Below are positions 9,729-18,285 of a stretch of 42,110 bases of DNA, in pieces (the stretch's first letter is position 1; every line of letters starts with the position of its first letter). The DNA comes from a virus (Duplodnaviria > Caudoviricetes), in the IMG/VR virus record IMGVR_UViG_3300025018_000253, positions 1-42,110 of that record; one strand, given 5' to 3'. Under the pieces are notes generated by a model. That model saw nothing but the letters and a program-made list of their open reading frames with translations, did not search any database and was not told the origin of the DNA. A program made the translations under genes and the position numbers.

Positions 9729-10077
9729 TAAAAGAAAATTAATAGGTTTAGCAGTGATAGTAACTGCTGTAATGGCTACGCCTATTTTTGCTTGCCAGAC
9801 TATTTTGTTATCTTGGGACCATGCGACGACTCGCGAAGATGGCTCACTGATTACGGGCCAGAAATCGTATAATCTTTATTACAAGCTATCATCAGTAGAG
9901 ACAGAAGAAAAAGTAACTCTGAGCGGTGAAACGTTATCCTACGTTATCGACTGCATCAGCCCAGACGTTTATGAGTTCGGCATTAGCACAGCAGAAGACG
10001 GATTTGAAGGCAAGCGCTACATGATAACGTTCGGGCCTCCAAATCCCCCCAAACTTAACGCTATTATTCAGAGGTAG
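9718..10077 (+). CDS. Signal-peptide-bearing fibronectin type III-like protein (start uncertain: GTG 9718 or ATG 9700)
   Basis: KRK plus a hydrophobic stretch ending PIFA-C, then LSWDHATTREDGS, YNLYY and YEFGIS in an FN3-like pattern. Confidence 0.55.
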   Translation: MQLNKRKLIGLAVIVTAVMATPIFACQTILLSWDHATTREDGSLITGQKSYNLYYKLSSVETEEKVTLSGETLSYVIDCISPDVYEFGISTAEDGFEGKRYMITFGPPNPPKLNAIIQR

Positions 10078-10114
10078 TTATGACTGTCTTGTATAGCATT
10101 TTCGGTGCATCTCG

Positions 10115-11236
10115 ATGGCAATAGCGTTTGTCGATCTAGCAACTACCACAAGCGCAGCGGCTGGAACCATGGTCGTCAATCTGCCGACTCACACAGAGGG
10201 AGACTATATAGTTCTTGCGTTTGTGCATGATTATAACTCGAACGTGCAGCAGCTGGCCGGTGTAAGCGATGGCTTCACAAAGCTGACGGAAACATCCGTG
10301 TCAGGGTTGGCCCATCAAGCAGCTTTATATGCAAAAAAAGCTGGAGCAAGCGAAACAAACCCAACCGCGACTTACGTTAACTCGACCCAAGAAATGGCAT
10401 GCTTGGCGTTTGCTTTTTCTGGTATTGACTCCGCAACACAAATAGATGCGGGTCCCTCGACATGGACAACGGAAACGCCCGGTGATAGGTCTATTGATTC
10501 CCCGTCCGTTACAACTGTTACAGACGGAGCAATGCTGGTTTGCGTCGCAACTGGTGACGCAAACAGTACGTACACGCAGCCTAGCGGCATGACTTTGGCC
10601 GGTAATCTCGGCTACATAAATATGACGATTGCGGCGGCATATCAGGAGATTGCAACAGCGGGCGCAACAGGCGCAAAAACATGGAGCTTTTTAACAGTAG
10701 GTGAGATTACAGCGGTAAGTTTTGCTATTCGGCCTGCTGAGAGCGGAAACACTATAGTTTCTGTAGGCGTAGCTGCGGAAACTGACACAGCCTTACCTCT
10801 CTCACATTCCAAATCTGTTACCTTAGGTATAGCTTCTGAGGTAGATTCTAATCTTGGGGTCGGTAGGCATAAGCTAAAAACTATAGGGTTAGCGGAGGAT
10901 GCAGCTAGCTCTTTATCTCTCACTGCAGCTAAAGCAGCTACTATAGGAATCGCCGCGGAAGTAGATACCGCTCTACCTATAACTAGGATAAAAGCTAAAG
11001 CGATAGGTTTACCTATAGAAACAGACTCTACTATCTCTCCGGAAATCTCTAAAGCGAGAGTCTTAGGTATAGCGACTGAAACTGATAGCGCTCCAGCTAT
11101 CTCTAGCTCTAAGTCTGTAACACTAGGTATAGCTACAGAGACTGATGCGGCCTTACCTATGGTAGGCGTAGCTCCTGTCTCTACCAATAAGGGCCACCCT
11201 CCTGTTATCCATATATCTATAGGTATCTCCTTATGA
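10115..11236 (+). CDS. Head/virion fibre: N-terminal beta domain plus about seven 20-aa repeats
   Basis: Repeat consensus xKxxxLGIAxETDxALPxxx at ~10747-11166; near the spike base gene. Confidence 0.6.
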   Translation: MAIAFVDLATTTSAAAGTMVVNLPTHTEGDYIVLAFVHDYNSNVQQLAGVSDGFTKLTETSVSGLAHQAALYAKKAGASETNPTATYVNSTQEMACLAFAFSGIDSATQIDAGPSTWTTETPGDRSIDSPSVTTVTDGAMLVCVATGDANSTYTQPSGMTLAGNLGYINMTIAAAYQEIATAGATGAKTWSFLTVGEITAVSFAIRPAESGNTIVSVGVAAETDTALPLSHSKSVTLGIASEVDSNLGVGRHKLKTIGLAEDAASSLSLTAAKAATIGIAAEVDTALPITRIKAKAIGLPIETDSTISPEISKARVLGIATETDSAPAISSSKSVTLGIATETDAALPMVGVAPVSTNKGHPPVIHISIGISL

Positions 11237-11823
11237 CTTTTACTGAACTTCTTACAGAAGTATATCAGATTACTAACCGCCCGGATCTTGTTAATGAGAC
11301 GAAGTCAGCAATTAAAGCTGCGACTCTCAAAGCACATAAATCTGATTTCTACTCTAAAGACATTCATGAAACAGGCATTGAGTTTGATACTGCTACTTTC
11401 AGACAGTCTTTAGACTATATATCCCTTATCTCTAATTTCAGAGCATTAAAGTATCTGCGCCGCGTAGAATCTGCTACTGATGACAAAGGTAAGTTCTTTG
11501 ATATCATATCTCCTGATGAAGTCTTAGATTCATATGGGTATAATAGAAATGATATAGCTTATGTCGCAGGTAGAGTCTTAGAGATTAGATCCTCTACAGA
11601 GTTTAAATACGCTCTCTTAGGTTGCTATGTGTTACCCATAGTGAGAGAGGAAGCTTATAGTTCCTGGGTAGCAGAGCAATTTCCTTACTTTATAGTATAC
11701 GAAGCGGCGCGAGTCCTATTCAGAATGATGGGCCAGATGGAAGAATCTAATGCTCAAGCAGGGCTTGTAGCAGAAGAGTTACAGTTACTTAAGATGTCAG
11801 CACTATCTGATGTCGGTTACTAA
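11233..11823 (+). CDS. Head-tail adaptor / tail tubular protein A, putative
   Basis: MTFTELL, NRPDL N-terminus and PYFIVYEAA C-terminal helix, as in podovirus adaptors; ATGA overlap with the upstream gene. Confidence 0.65.
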   Translation: MTFTELLTEVYQITNRPDLVNETKSAIKAATLKAHKSDFYSKDIHETGIEFDTATFRQSLDYISLISNFRALKYLRRVESATDDKGKFFDIISPDEVLDSYGYNRNDIAYVAGRVLEIRSSTEFKYALLGCYVLPIVREEAYSSWVAEQFPYFIVYEAARVLFRMMGQMEESNAQAGLVAEELQLLKMSALSDVGY

Positions 11824-11854
11824 TATCAATATTCCTTTATAGGGGCACAGTACT

Positions 11855-13489
11855 ATGGCTGGTGAAGCTAATATCTGGAGTCCGCGAACTCTCTTAGAGC
11901 TTTCCGCAGACACCAAAAGAGTAGAACAAAGACTTACAGCTACAGCTGGACAGACCTTATTTACATTGACTGACTTTGCATACGCTCCTGGAACTGGGGC
12001 TTTAGCTATTTTCAGGAATGGCCTAGCTTTAACTAAAGGTACTGACTGGGCAGAGTCTGCTACAGGCACTACCTTTTCTTTGGTAGCTCCCTCTACAGTT
12101 GGAGATCAGATCCTAGCTGTAGGTTATGTAGCTATTACTGCTGATGTAGATGTAAGAGGCACTGATATTTATATTGATACCTATCAAGATCTGCGCGACT
12201 ATGTAGGTACTGAGACTACTGTATATGCTAGAGCTAAGACTACTCTAGGTGACGGAGGCAGAGGCTTCTTTCAGCTATTTACAGGTGCAGCTTCGGGCAC
12301 TTATGTAGATGATAACTCTTCTATCATAGTACCTACTGGAGGAAATGGCTCTTCTGCTTGGGTAAATGAACTAGCAGCCACAGATTCCGCGGTTAGTATT
12401 GCGGGGTACGAAGCTCGGGATATATCAGCAGTCACATCAACCTACACACCCGATGGCGATAGGCTGCTCTCCGGGAATTTAACCGTGGGTGATGAAATAT
12501 TGACCGGCGCGTCCCGGCGTGACGCGTACGTTGTCGGCAGGACGATAACTGGCGCCACTGATTGTCATGGGTTTGCAGATAGAACTGTTATTGAATCCGT
12601 GTCCGACGCAGGAACGTACGGAGCGTTTGATGTTACTGCTGAATATTCAGCAGCTGGTACGCTGAATCATCTCTACGCATTTCAAGGGCGCGGGCAGTAT
12701 TCCGGCGCTGGACAGCTCGATAACTACGCATCTTTTTATCACCAGCCTACGTTTGATGGTGCCGTCATAGATATGCACGCTGTGCGCGTTTATGATGCTG
12801 GCGGCACAGGAGAGATTACAAATCATCACGGGCTACATATTCGCCCGTTGACGCGTGGAACCAATAATTTTGCCATCTTTAGCTGGGGTAGCACTCCGAG
12901 TATCCATGTCGGCCAAATGACATACGGCACATCAGCGTTAAATACCGGCTCAGGAGTATCTGTTGAAAATATAACGAGTATGGACGGGATAAAACAGTCC
13001 GGAATAAACAGTAATTGCGGTGGAAATTCTGCCGCGCTGACTGATTACGCGGGATATCGCAGTCAGGCTAATTTGGTGGCTGAGGGCGCGCCTTATAGTG
13101 TGCCAGTGATTGCAGGATACATAGCTGAGAACGCGGCGTTAGGTGTGGATGCTACCGCAGACGCCCAATATGGTTTTTATGCAAAAGATCAAACGCAGGG
13201 TACGGCCAATGCTGCGTTTAGGGGAGGTGTTTCAGCTGGCGCGACAAAATGGAACATTTACTGCACTGGCTCAGCCCAGAATTACGTGAATGGAAACTTT
13301 GGATTTGGGCTATTCCAACCGACAGCAAAAATAGACATAGCCGCATCTAACGGTGCCGCAGGTAATGCCCCGCTAAAATTAAATGCTGGAGTCAATTTAG
13401 TAACGCCGGAAAACGGAACGTTAGAATTTGATGGCACTAATCTTTATTTTACAGTAGGTGGCGTTAGAAAAACAGTAACACTAACGTAA
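11855..13489 (+). CDS. Tail fibre / tailspike (receptor-binding protein)
   Basis: N-terminal ATAGQTLFTL and IFRNG domain, tailspike-type DGGRGFF...DDNSSIIVP...AWV domain, G/A/T-rich beta body, APLKL...EFDG C-terminus. Confidence 0.8.
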   Translation: MAGEANIWSPRTLLELSADTKRVEQRLTATAGQTLFTLTDFAYAPGTGALAIFRNGLALTKGTDWAESATGTTFSLVAPSTVGDQILAVGYVAITADVDVRGTDIYIDTYQDLRDYVGTETTVYARAKTTLGDGGRGFFQLFTGAASGTYVDDNSSIIVPTGGNGSSAWVNELAATDSAVSIAGYEARDISAVTSTYTPDGDRLLSGNLTVGDEILTGASRRDAYVVGRTITGATDCHGFADRTVIESVSDAGTYGAFDVTAEYSAAGTLNHLYAFQGRGQYSGAGQLDNYASFYHQPTFDGAVIDMHAVRVYDAGGTGEITNHHGLHIRPLTRGTNNFAIFSWGSTPSIHVGQMTYGTSALNTGSGVSVENITSMDGIKQSGINSNCGGNSAALTDYAGYRSQANLVAEGAPYSVPVIAGYIAENAALGVDATADAQYGFYAKDQTQGTANAAFRGGVSAGATKWNIYCTGSAQNYVNGNFGFGLFQPTAKIDIAASNGAAGNAPLKLNAGVNLVTPENGTLEFDGTNLYFTVGGVRKTVTLT

Positions 13490-13558
13490 TAAGATGTGGT
13501 ATGTAATAATGCACCTACAAAATTTCAAGCAAGAATAGTTCCGAGAGTGGTGGCAGCA

Positions 13559-13945
13559 ATGAAAAAGATAGAACTAATCCGCTCCTACCTGCCTGACCGA
13601 ACAATCGGCAAATTAGGCAAGTGGCGAACGCTGGAAAGGCCGTGGCTTGATAATGAGCCTAATATAAGCTGCATTCCCGAAGGCACTTATATGTGCTTTC
13701 GTGACCGGTCAGGGCGATTTCAATATTACCGAATTGAGAACGTAGCGGGCCGAACACACATTGAATTTCACGGCGGCGTATTTCCTACGCATAGTGATGG
13801 GTGCGTATTAATTGGCATGGAGCATGACACACGGTACAATCTTATAAACTCGGAAGATGCCTTGGCGCAGATGCTTGATGAATTCGGGGACGATCCGTTT
13901 ATGCTAACCGTGCGACAATTCAACCCTCATTTTGATAAGTGGTAG
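13559..13945 (+). CDS. Putative endolysin, DUF5675-like (L,D-transpeptidase fold); ATG 13559 preferred over GTG 13496
   Basis: TLERPWLDN, SCIPEGTY, IEFHGG and HSDGC His/Cys motif; first gene of the membrane-protein cluster. Confidence 0.7.
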   Translation: MKKIELIRSYLPDRTIGKLGKWRTLERPWLDNEPNISCIPEGTYMCFRDRSGRFQYYRIENVAGRTHIEFHGGVFPTHSDGCVLIGMEHDTRYNLINSEDALAQMLDEFGDDPFMLTVRQFNPHFDKW

Positions 13946-14277
13946 GTAGAGCCGTGTATATAAGGAGTACAGATTCAGTGGATAGCGCCGAAGAGATTAT
14001 CAAACTACGAACAAGATTTGAGATTCATTTAGCAGAATATAGGGCGCACGTGTTAGAAGAAGAGAGAAGGTATATGCAGATAATGATGCAGCTTGAATCG
14101 ACATCGCACACATTAGCTGGACTAACAAGAGCTTTAGAGCTACAGGCCCAGGCTACGGACGGACTGGTTAAGGCGTGGAATGCTGGCGCCTTCTTACAGA
14201 AAGCAGCATTATGGCTAACAGGATTTAGCGGAGTTGGATTTCTAATAGCGTGGTATAATGATTTATTCACAAAGTAA
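13939..14277 (+). CDS. Membrane protein with coiled coil and C-terminal TM helix (holin/antiholin candidate)
   Basis: Hydrophobic AALWLTGFSGVGFLIAWY at the C-terminus; lies within the lysis cassette. Confidence 0.5.
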   Translation: MVGRAVYIRSTDSVDSAEEIIKLRTRFEIHLAEYRAHVLEEERRYMQIMMQLESTSHTLAGLTRALELQAQATDGLVKAWNAGAFLQKAALWLTGFSGVGFLIAWYNDLFTK

Positions 14278-14289
14278 GACCGAGAGGAA

Positions 14290-14481
14290 ATGAAGATGAC
14301 TGAATTTATGAACAACGCAGGCGATTGGATTTTAGCATTAACGGCGGTCGTGACAGCAGCTACAGCTATCACGGCATTAACTCCAACAAAGACTGACGAT
14401 AAGATTATTAATAAGATCTTGAGAGTCTTAAATATCCTTGCTGGTAACGTAGGTAAGAATAAGAACGCGGACGATAAATAA
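14290..14481 (+). CDS. Holin, putative
   Basis: 63 aa; TM segment [25 protein letters not shown] turn, amphipathic helix, charged tail; GAGG Shine-Dalgarno. Confidence 0.6.
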   Translation: MKMTEFMNNAGDWILALTAVVTAATAITALTPTKTDDKIINKILRVLNILAGNVGKNKNADDK

Positions 14482-14684
14482 TGGACTGGCTCGACGGCTT
14501 AGTTATTCTGGGCGTGATAGGTTTGTCTCTTTTGCTATATAAGCAGACAAAGAAAGAGACAGCCCGGCACAAGAAAGACTTGGAAATACAGCAAGGAGTA
14601 ATTGATGTTAGACGTAACGCTGAAAACGCTAAGCATGATAATCCTGATGCAATTAAGCGGGTGCAAGACAAATATAATTCGTGA
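14481..14684 (+). CDS. Inner-membrane spanin (Rz-like)
   Basis: N-terminal TM helix followed by a helical charged domain; overlapped by a lipoprotein ORF. Confidence 0.65.
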   Translation: MDWLDGLVILGVIGLSLLLYKQTKKETARHKKDLEIQQGVIDVRRNAENAKHDNPDAIKRVQDKYNS

Positions 14685-14790
14685 CTCTTGTATTTCTTAC
14701 AAGCCTGTACGAAATTATTTAGAATGCCCTGCGACTGTAATTGATCAGATTAATGTTAATAATCTTGCTTATGATATAAACTGCGAATGA
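14605..14790 (+). CDS. Outer-membrane spanin lipoprotein (Rz1-like); start uncertain
   Basis: Lipobox LSGC, two further Cys, overlaps the i-spanin in another frame. Confidence 0.65.
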   Translation: MLDVTLKTLSMIILMQLSGCKTNIIRDSCISYKPVRNYLECPATVIDQINVNNLAYDINCE

Positions 14791-14802
14791 AGGAATCCAC
14801 CA

Positions 14803-16317
14803 ATGGCCCAGCAGCTCTACCCTATAAATCTGAAAGATCCGTACTTTCCACTGCTCTCAGAGTTACAGGGTAGAACTGTAATCGGAGCTACCGTAGGAAA
14901 AGCCCCTGCTCAGGATGAGCGGCCTTCCATAGCTTACTGCCATAACATCATGCCTGTTAAAGAAGGGTATAGTTCAGTAGCTTACCTCCCTATTATTCCC
15001 GCTATAGCCGGAGCTGTCTCTCCGCTATCTGATGTTAGGATAGTATACGGCGATGCCTTCTCTAAGTTATACATGGTATGGGACTCCTTAGGTAGTGTCT
15101 TTGTATTACTTGAAGGGTCTACTACATGGGTAGCTATCCCAGCTACATCTCCTGTGACCGGAGGCTCTTCTTTCTCTCCTGATGATGTAACAATAGGCAC
15201 AGTAAATGGTATCTCCTATATCTTCTATTCAGGTATAGGAGCTTTTACATTTAACGAATCTACTAATACATTAGATGCTGTGATTCTCACAGGCTTAGCT
15301 ATTTCTGACGTCTTAGGAGTGACTAGCTCTGCCGGTTATCTTGTAGCTTATACTCGCCTCGCTATAGCTTGGAGTAGTACACTGACACCTACAGATTTTA
15401 CTCCTAGTTCGGTTATAGGTGCAGGCGGCGGTAATGTAGCAGGCCTTGCAGGCAGTATCTTATTTATAGTATCCAATACATTAGGTCTGCTAATATACAG
15501 TAAAGCTAATGTAGTAGCAGGAACCTTTACAGGCAATGTCCAATTTCCTTGGAAGTTCAGACAGGTGCCTGGTGCAGGCGGCGGTATCTCCTTAGATCTT
15601 ATTGCATATGAGGCTGAAAGTGCTGATCAGTATGTATTCTCTAAGGCTGGATTACAGTCAGTAACTTCTCAGAGAGCGGAAGTTATTCTACCTGAAATCA
15701 CTGATTTCTTGGCAGGTAGAAGGTTTGAAGATTTTGATGAGGTAACTCGTGAATATGTAGTTACTGATATACCTTCTGGTACACTGAAGAAGAAGATTAA
15801 ATATATCGCTTCTCGCTATTTAGTTATCTCCTACGGCCTTACTGAGTTTACCCATGCAATAGTGGTGGATACAGCTATCCAGCGCCTAGGTAAACTAAAG
15901 ATAACTCACACAGATATCTTTGAGTATATCGGAGCACAAGGCGAAGTATCTAAAGAATCCCTTGCAGTACTTCTGGCTGATGGATCTGTTAGCGCTGTAG
16001 ATTTCTCTTATCAGGCAGCTAGCTCAGGTGTACTTATCTTAGGTAAGTTGCAAGCCACATACAGTAAACTACTGACGTTGCTGGGCGTGGAGGTAGAGAA
16101 CATAGATCCTGATTCTGAAGAGGCGCTGACAGTGGTAGACAGAGCTGCACTCGACGGTAAGAATACCACTAATATAACAGGAGCTGTTAGTTATTCACAA
16201 GGTAAAGTTAAGGAGTATGTATTCCGGACTACAGCTAAGAACCACTCTCTTGCACTAATAGGTAAGATTAATGCGGTGACTGTATTAGTTAGATATTTTG
16301 TAGCAGGTAGGAGATAG
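14803..16317 (+). CDS. Tail nozzle / stabilisation protein (P22 gp10- or T7 gp12-like), putative
   Basis: 504-aa all-beta protein with propeller-like segments (AIAWSSTLTPTDF); AAGGA Shine-Dalgarno; position before the ejection proteins. Confidence 0.6.
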   Translation: MAQQLYPINLKDPYFPLLSELQGRTVIGATVGKAPAQDERPSIAYCHNIMPVKEGYSSVAYLPIIPAIAGAVSPLSDVRIVYGDAFSKLYMVWDSLGSVFVLLEGSTTWVAIPATSPVTGGSSFSPDDVTIGTVNGISYIFYSGIGAFTFNESTNTLDAVILTGLAISDVLGVTSSAGYLVAYTRLAIAWSSTLTPTDFTPSSVIGAGGGNVAGLAGSILFIVSNTLGLLIYSKANVVAGTFTGNVQFPWKFRQVPGAGGGISLDLIAYEAESADQYVFSKAGLQSVTSQRAEVILPEITDFLAGRRFEDFDEVTREYVVTDIPSGTLKKKIKYIASRYLVISYGLTEFTHAIVVDTAIQRLGKLKITHTDIFEYIGAQGEVSKESLAVLLADGSVSAVDFSYQAASSGVLILGKLQATYSKLLTLLGVEVENIDPDSEEALTVVDRAALDGKNTTNITGAVSYSQGKVKEYVFRTTAKNHSLALIGKINAVTVLVRYFVAGRR

Positions 16318-16319
16318 GT

Positions 16320-16790
16320 ATGGCAGCACCAATTAATACTTATAACTCTGTAACTAACCTCTCACTAGGGAATATCCCTCAAGTAGATGATCCTGTTATT
16401 TACCAAGCCTTGCTAGATGTACATAACGCATTAGAGATATTAGTAACAGAAGTGGATGATGTAGATGGAATATTCGCTGCCTTTATAGCTAAGTTCAGGA
16501 AATCCACAGCAGCTGTAGCTGACTATACTGTATTACCTACTGACGGTACTATTGAGGTAGATGCTTCTACAGGGGATATAATAATTACCCTCCATCCTGT
16601 AGCTGACGGAGAAGGTCACAGATACGATATTAAGCGTGTAGATGTTGTAGCTGCCAATACTGTAACTTTAGTAGGTGATAGCGCCGCTGCGGAACTTATA
16701 GATAACAGAGCTGCAGGCATCAAGATAAGTACAGGCAGCAGCTATACAGTTAAAACTAATGAAGCCTTAACAGGCTGGGTGATTATATGA
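16320..16790 (+). CDS. Putative tail appendage protein
   Basis: N-terminal helix plus a beta domain (DYTVLPTD, ITLHP, YDIKRVD, GWVII) of fibre-tip type. Confidence 0.55.
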   Translation: MAAPINTYNSVTNLSLGNIPQVDDPVIYQALLDVHNALEILVTEVDDVDGIFAAFIAKFRKSTAAVADYTVLPTDGTIEVDASTGDIIITLHPVADGEGHRYDIKRVDVVAANTVTLVGDSAAAELIDNRAAGIKISTGSSYTVKTNEALTGWVII

Positions 16791-17725
16791 GCTATGAGAA
16801 TGTACCTAAGAATCTAACTGAAAAGGCAGTGCTGGTAAGAGCCGGGCGCCCTGACTACTCTAAACTAGATGCAGATCCTTTTCCCTCTCCTGCAGTCGAT
16901 GAAGCAGGGGCTATTTTAGAGGTATCTGATACAGGAGATAGGTACTCTTGGACAGGTACTGTTTGGATTCGTACCCACGAGCAAGGCAGATTAGAGGTAG
17001 TCAATACTGACTTCTTAACTTCTGTAGCTTTAGGTAATGTTCCAGGGTATACTCTTACCAGTTTACAGGCTCGTGGAGCCATATCTAGCTCAGGGTACAC
17101 AGATGTTTGGGGGGGTACCTCCGATATGGTATACCCTGCAGCAGCTGAATCTTGGGAGATAGTATCCTCCAGCGTTAATGACGTTAACACTACAGGCACA
17201 GGCGGCTGGGTAGCAGTAGTGACAGCTTTAGATTCCAGCAAAGCAAGAGTCACCCAGATAGTTAATCTTAATGGTACCACTGCAGTAGCCCTTACTGGCA
17301 CCTTTTTACGTCCCGAATCTGTAGTAATTATTTCAGCTGGCAGTACAGGTTACAATGAAGGAGATATTACCTTACGAGTAGCTGGAGCTGGAGCCGTCAG
17401 AAATGTAGTTAAAGCTACATTAGGTGCTAGCTTCGACGGCCACTTTACAGTACCTGCCAATACGCGCTGTTTAGTTTTACAAGTATTTGCACTAGCAGAT
17501 AAAGGAGAAGATTGTAGTGCCATCTTACAGATAAGAGACGGCACCAATCCTAATCCAGGGTGGATCAGCTCAGGGATTACTCCTATCTATCAGAATCAGG
17601 TAACTTATGAAGTACTAGCTAAATTCCCTCTCGCTGCTGAAACAGATATAAGATTAAGAGGCAAGATGGATACAGGTAATGGAACAGTAACAATTATACT
17701 AGAATTACTTCTTATAGAAGACTAG
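16787..17725 (+). CDS. Putative virion structural protein
   Basis: Beta-rich; VALGNVPGY, DVWGG, IVSSSVND and FTVPA segments; ATGA overlap with the upstream gene. Confidence 0.55.
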   Translation: MSYENVPKNLTEKAVLVRAGRPDYSKLDADPFPSPAVDEAGAILEVSDTGDRYSWTGTVWIRTHEQGRLEVVNTDFLTSVALGNVPGYTLTSLQARGAISSSGYTDVWGGTSDMVYPAAAESWEIVSSSVNDVNTTGTGGWVAVVTALDSSKARVTQIVNLNGTTAVALTGTFLRPESVVIISAGSTGYNEGDITLRVAGAGAVRNVVKATLGASFDGHFTVPANTRCLVLQVFALADKGEDCSAILQIRDGTNPNPGWISSGITPIYQNQVTYEVLAKFPLAAETDIRLRGKMDTGNGTVTIILELLLIED

Positions 17726-17740
17726 ATAGGGTTACATTAT

Positions 17741-17781
17741 ATGATTCCTATATAGCTAGGTTAAGGTATAGGTATTAGTAT
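17741..17781 (+). promoter_or_regulatory. Putative late promoter, ATGATTCC-N27-TAGTAT
   Basis: Lies in the 112-bp gap before the ejection-protein operon; identical architecture to 815-855. Confidence 0.5.
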
Positions 17782-17837
17782 AAAGTAAGCGTTCAAATAT
17801 TAACTATTACTACCCCTTTATAGGGAAGGATAAGATT

Positions 17838-18236
17838 ATGGCACAGTCAGCTGCACAGGACTTTTCAAGTGTAGTAGAAGGGTTAAAAGGCATCTTCGGA
17901 TCTTCCGGATCTCAGAGCACTTCAGGCACTACTATTAATAAAGGCACTACTACTCAGAGATTGAATATATCTCAGGAGGCTGTAGAGAAGATTATTGCAG
18001 ATGTGCTAGGCGGTGCTGATGGCTTAGCAGCTATATTTGCAGGGCAGAATGCGTCAGGTATTTTCGACTCCTCTGTAGCTGCACAGGCCGCAGGGGATCT
18101 TACCTCCAAACTTGTAGGTGAGATAGCTAAGCTTACTGCAGAACAGGAAACTGAGATAGATACTACGCAAACTGTATCTAACAAAGCTAAATCTAAAGAC
18201 GGTGGTTTGCTAGGCGGACTTAAGAGTTTATTCTAA
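17838..18236 (+). CDS. Internal virion (ejection) protein, small
   Basis: G/S/A/T-rich with GIFGSSGSQSTS and a GGLLGG terminus, typical of podovirus ejection proteins. Confidence 0.65.
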   Translation: MAQSAAQDFSSVVEGLKGIFGSSGSQSTSGTTINKGTTTQRLNISQEAVEKIIADVLGGADGLAAIFAGQNASGIFDSSVAAQAAGDLTSKLVGEIAKLTAEQETEIDTTQTVSNKAKSKDGGLLGGLKSLF

Positions 18237-18285
18237 TCTTTCTTTCTCTATCTTCTTTCCTTACTATCTCTTTCTAAGGTGCCTT

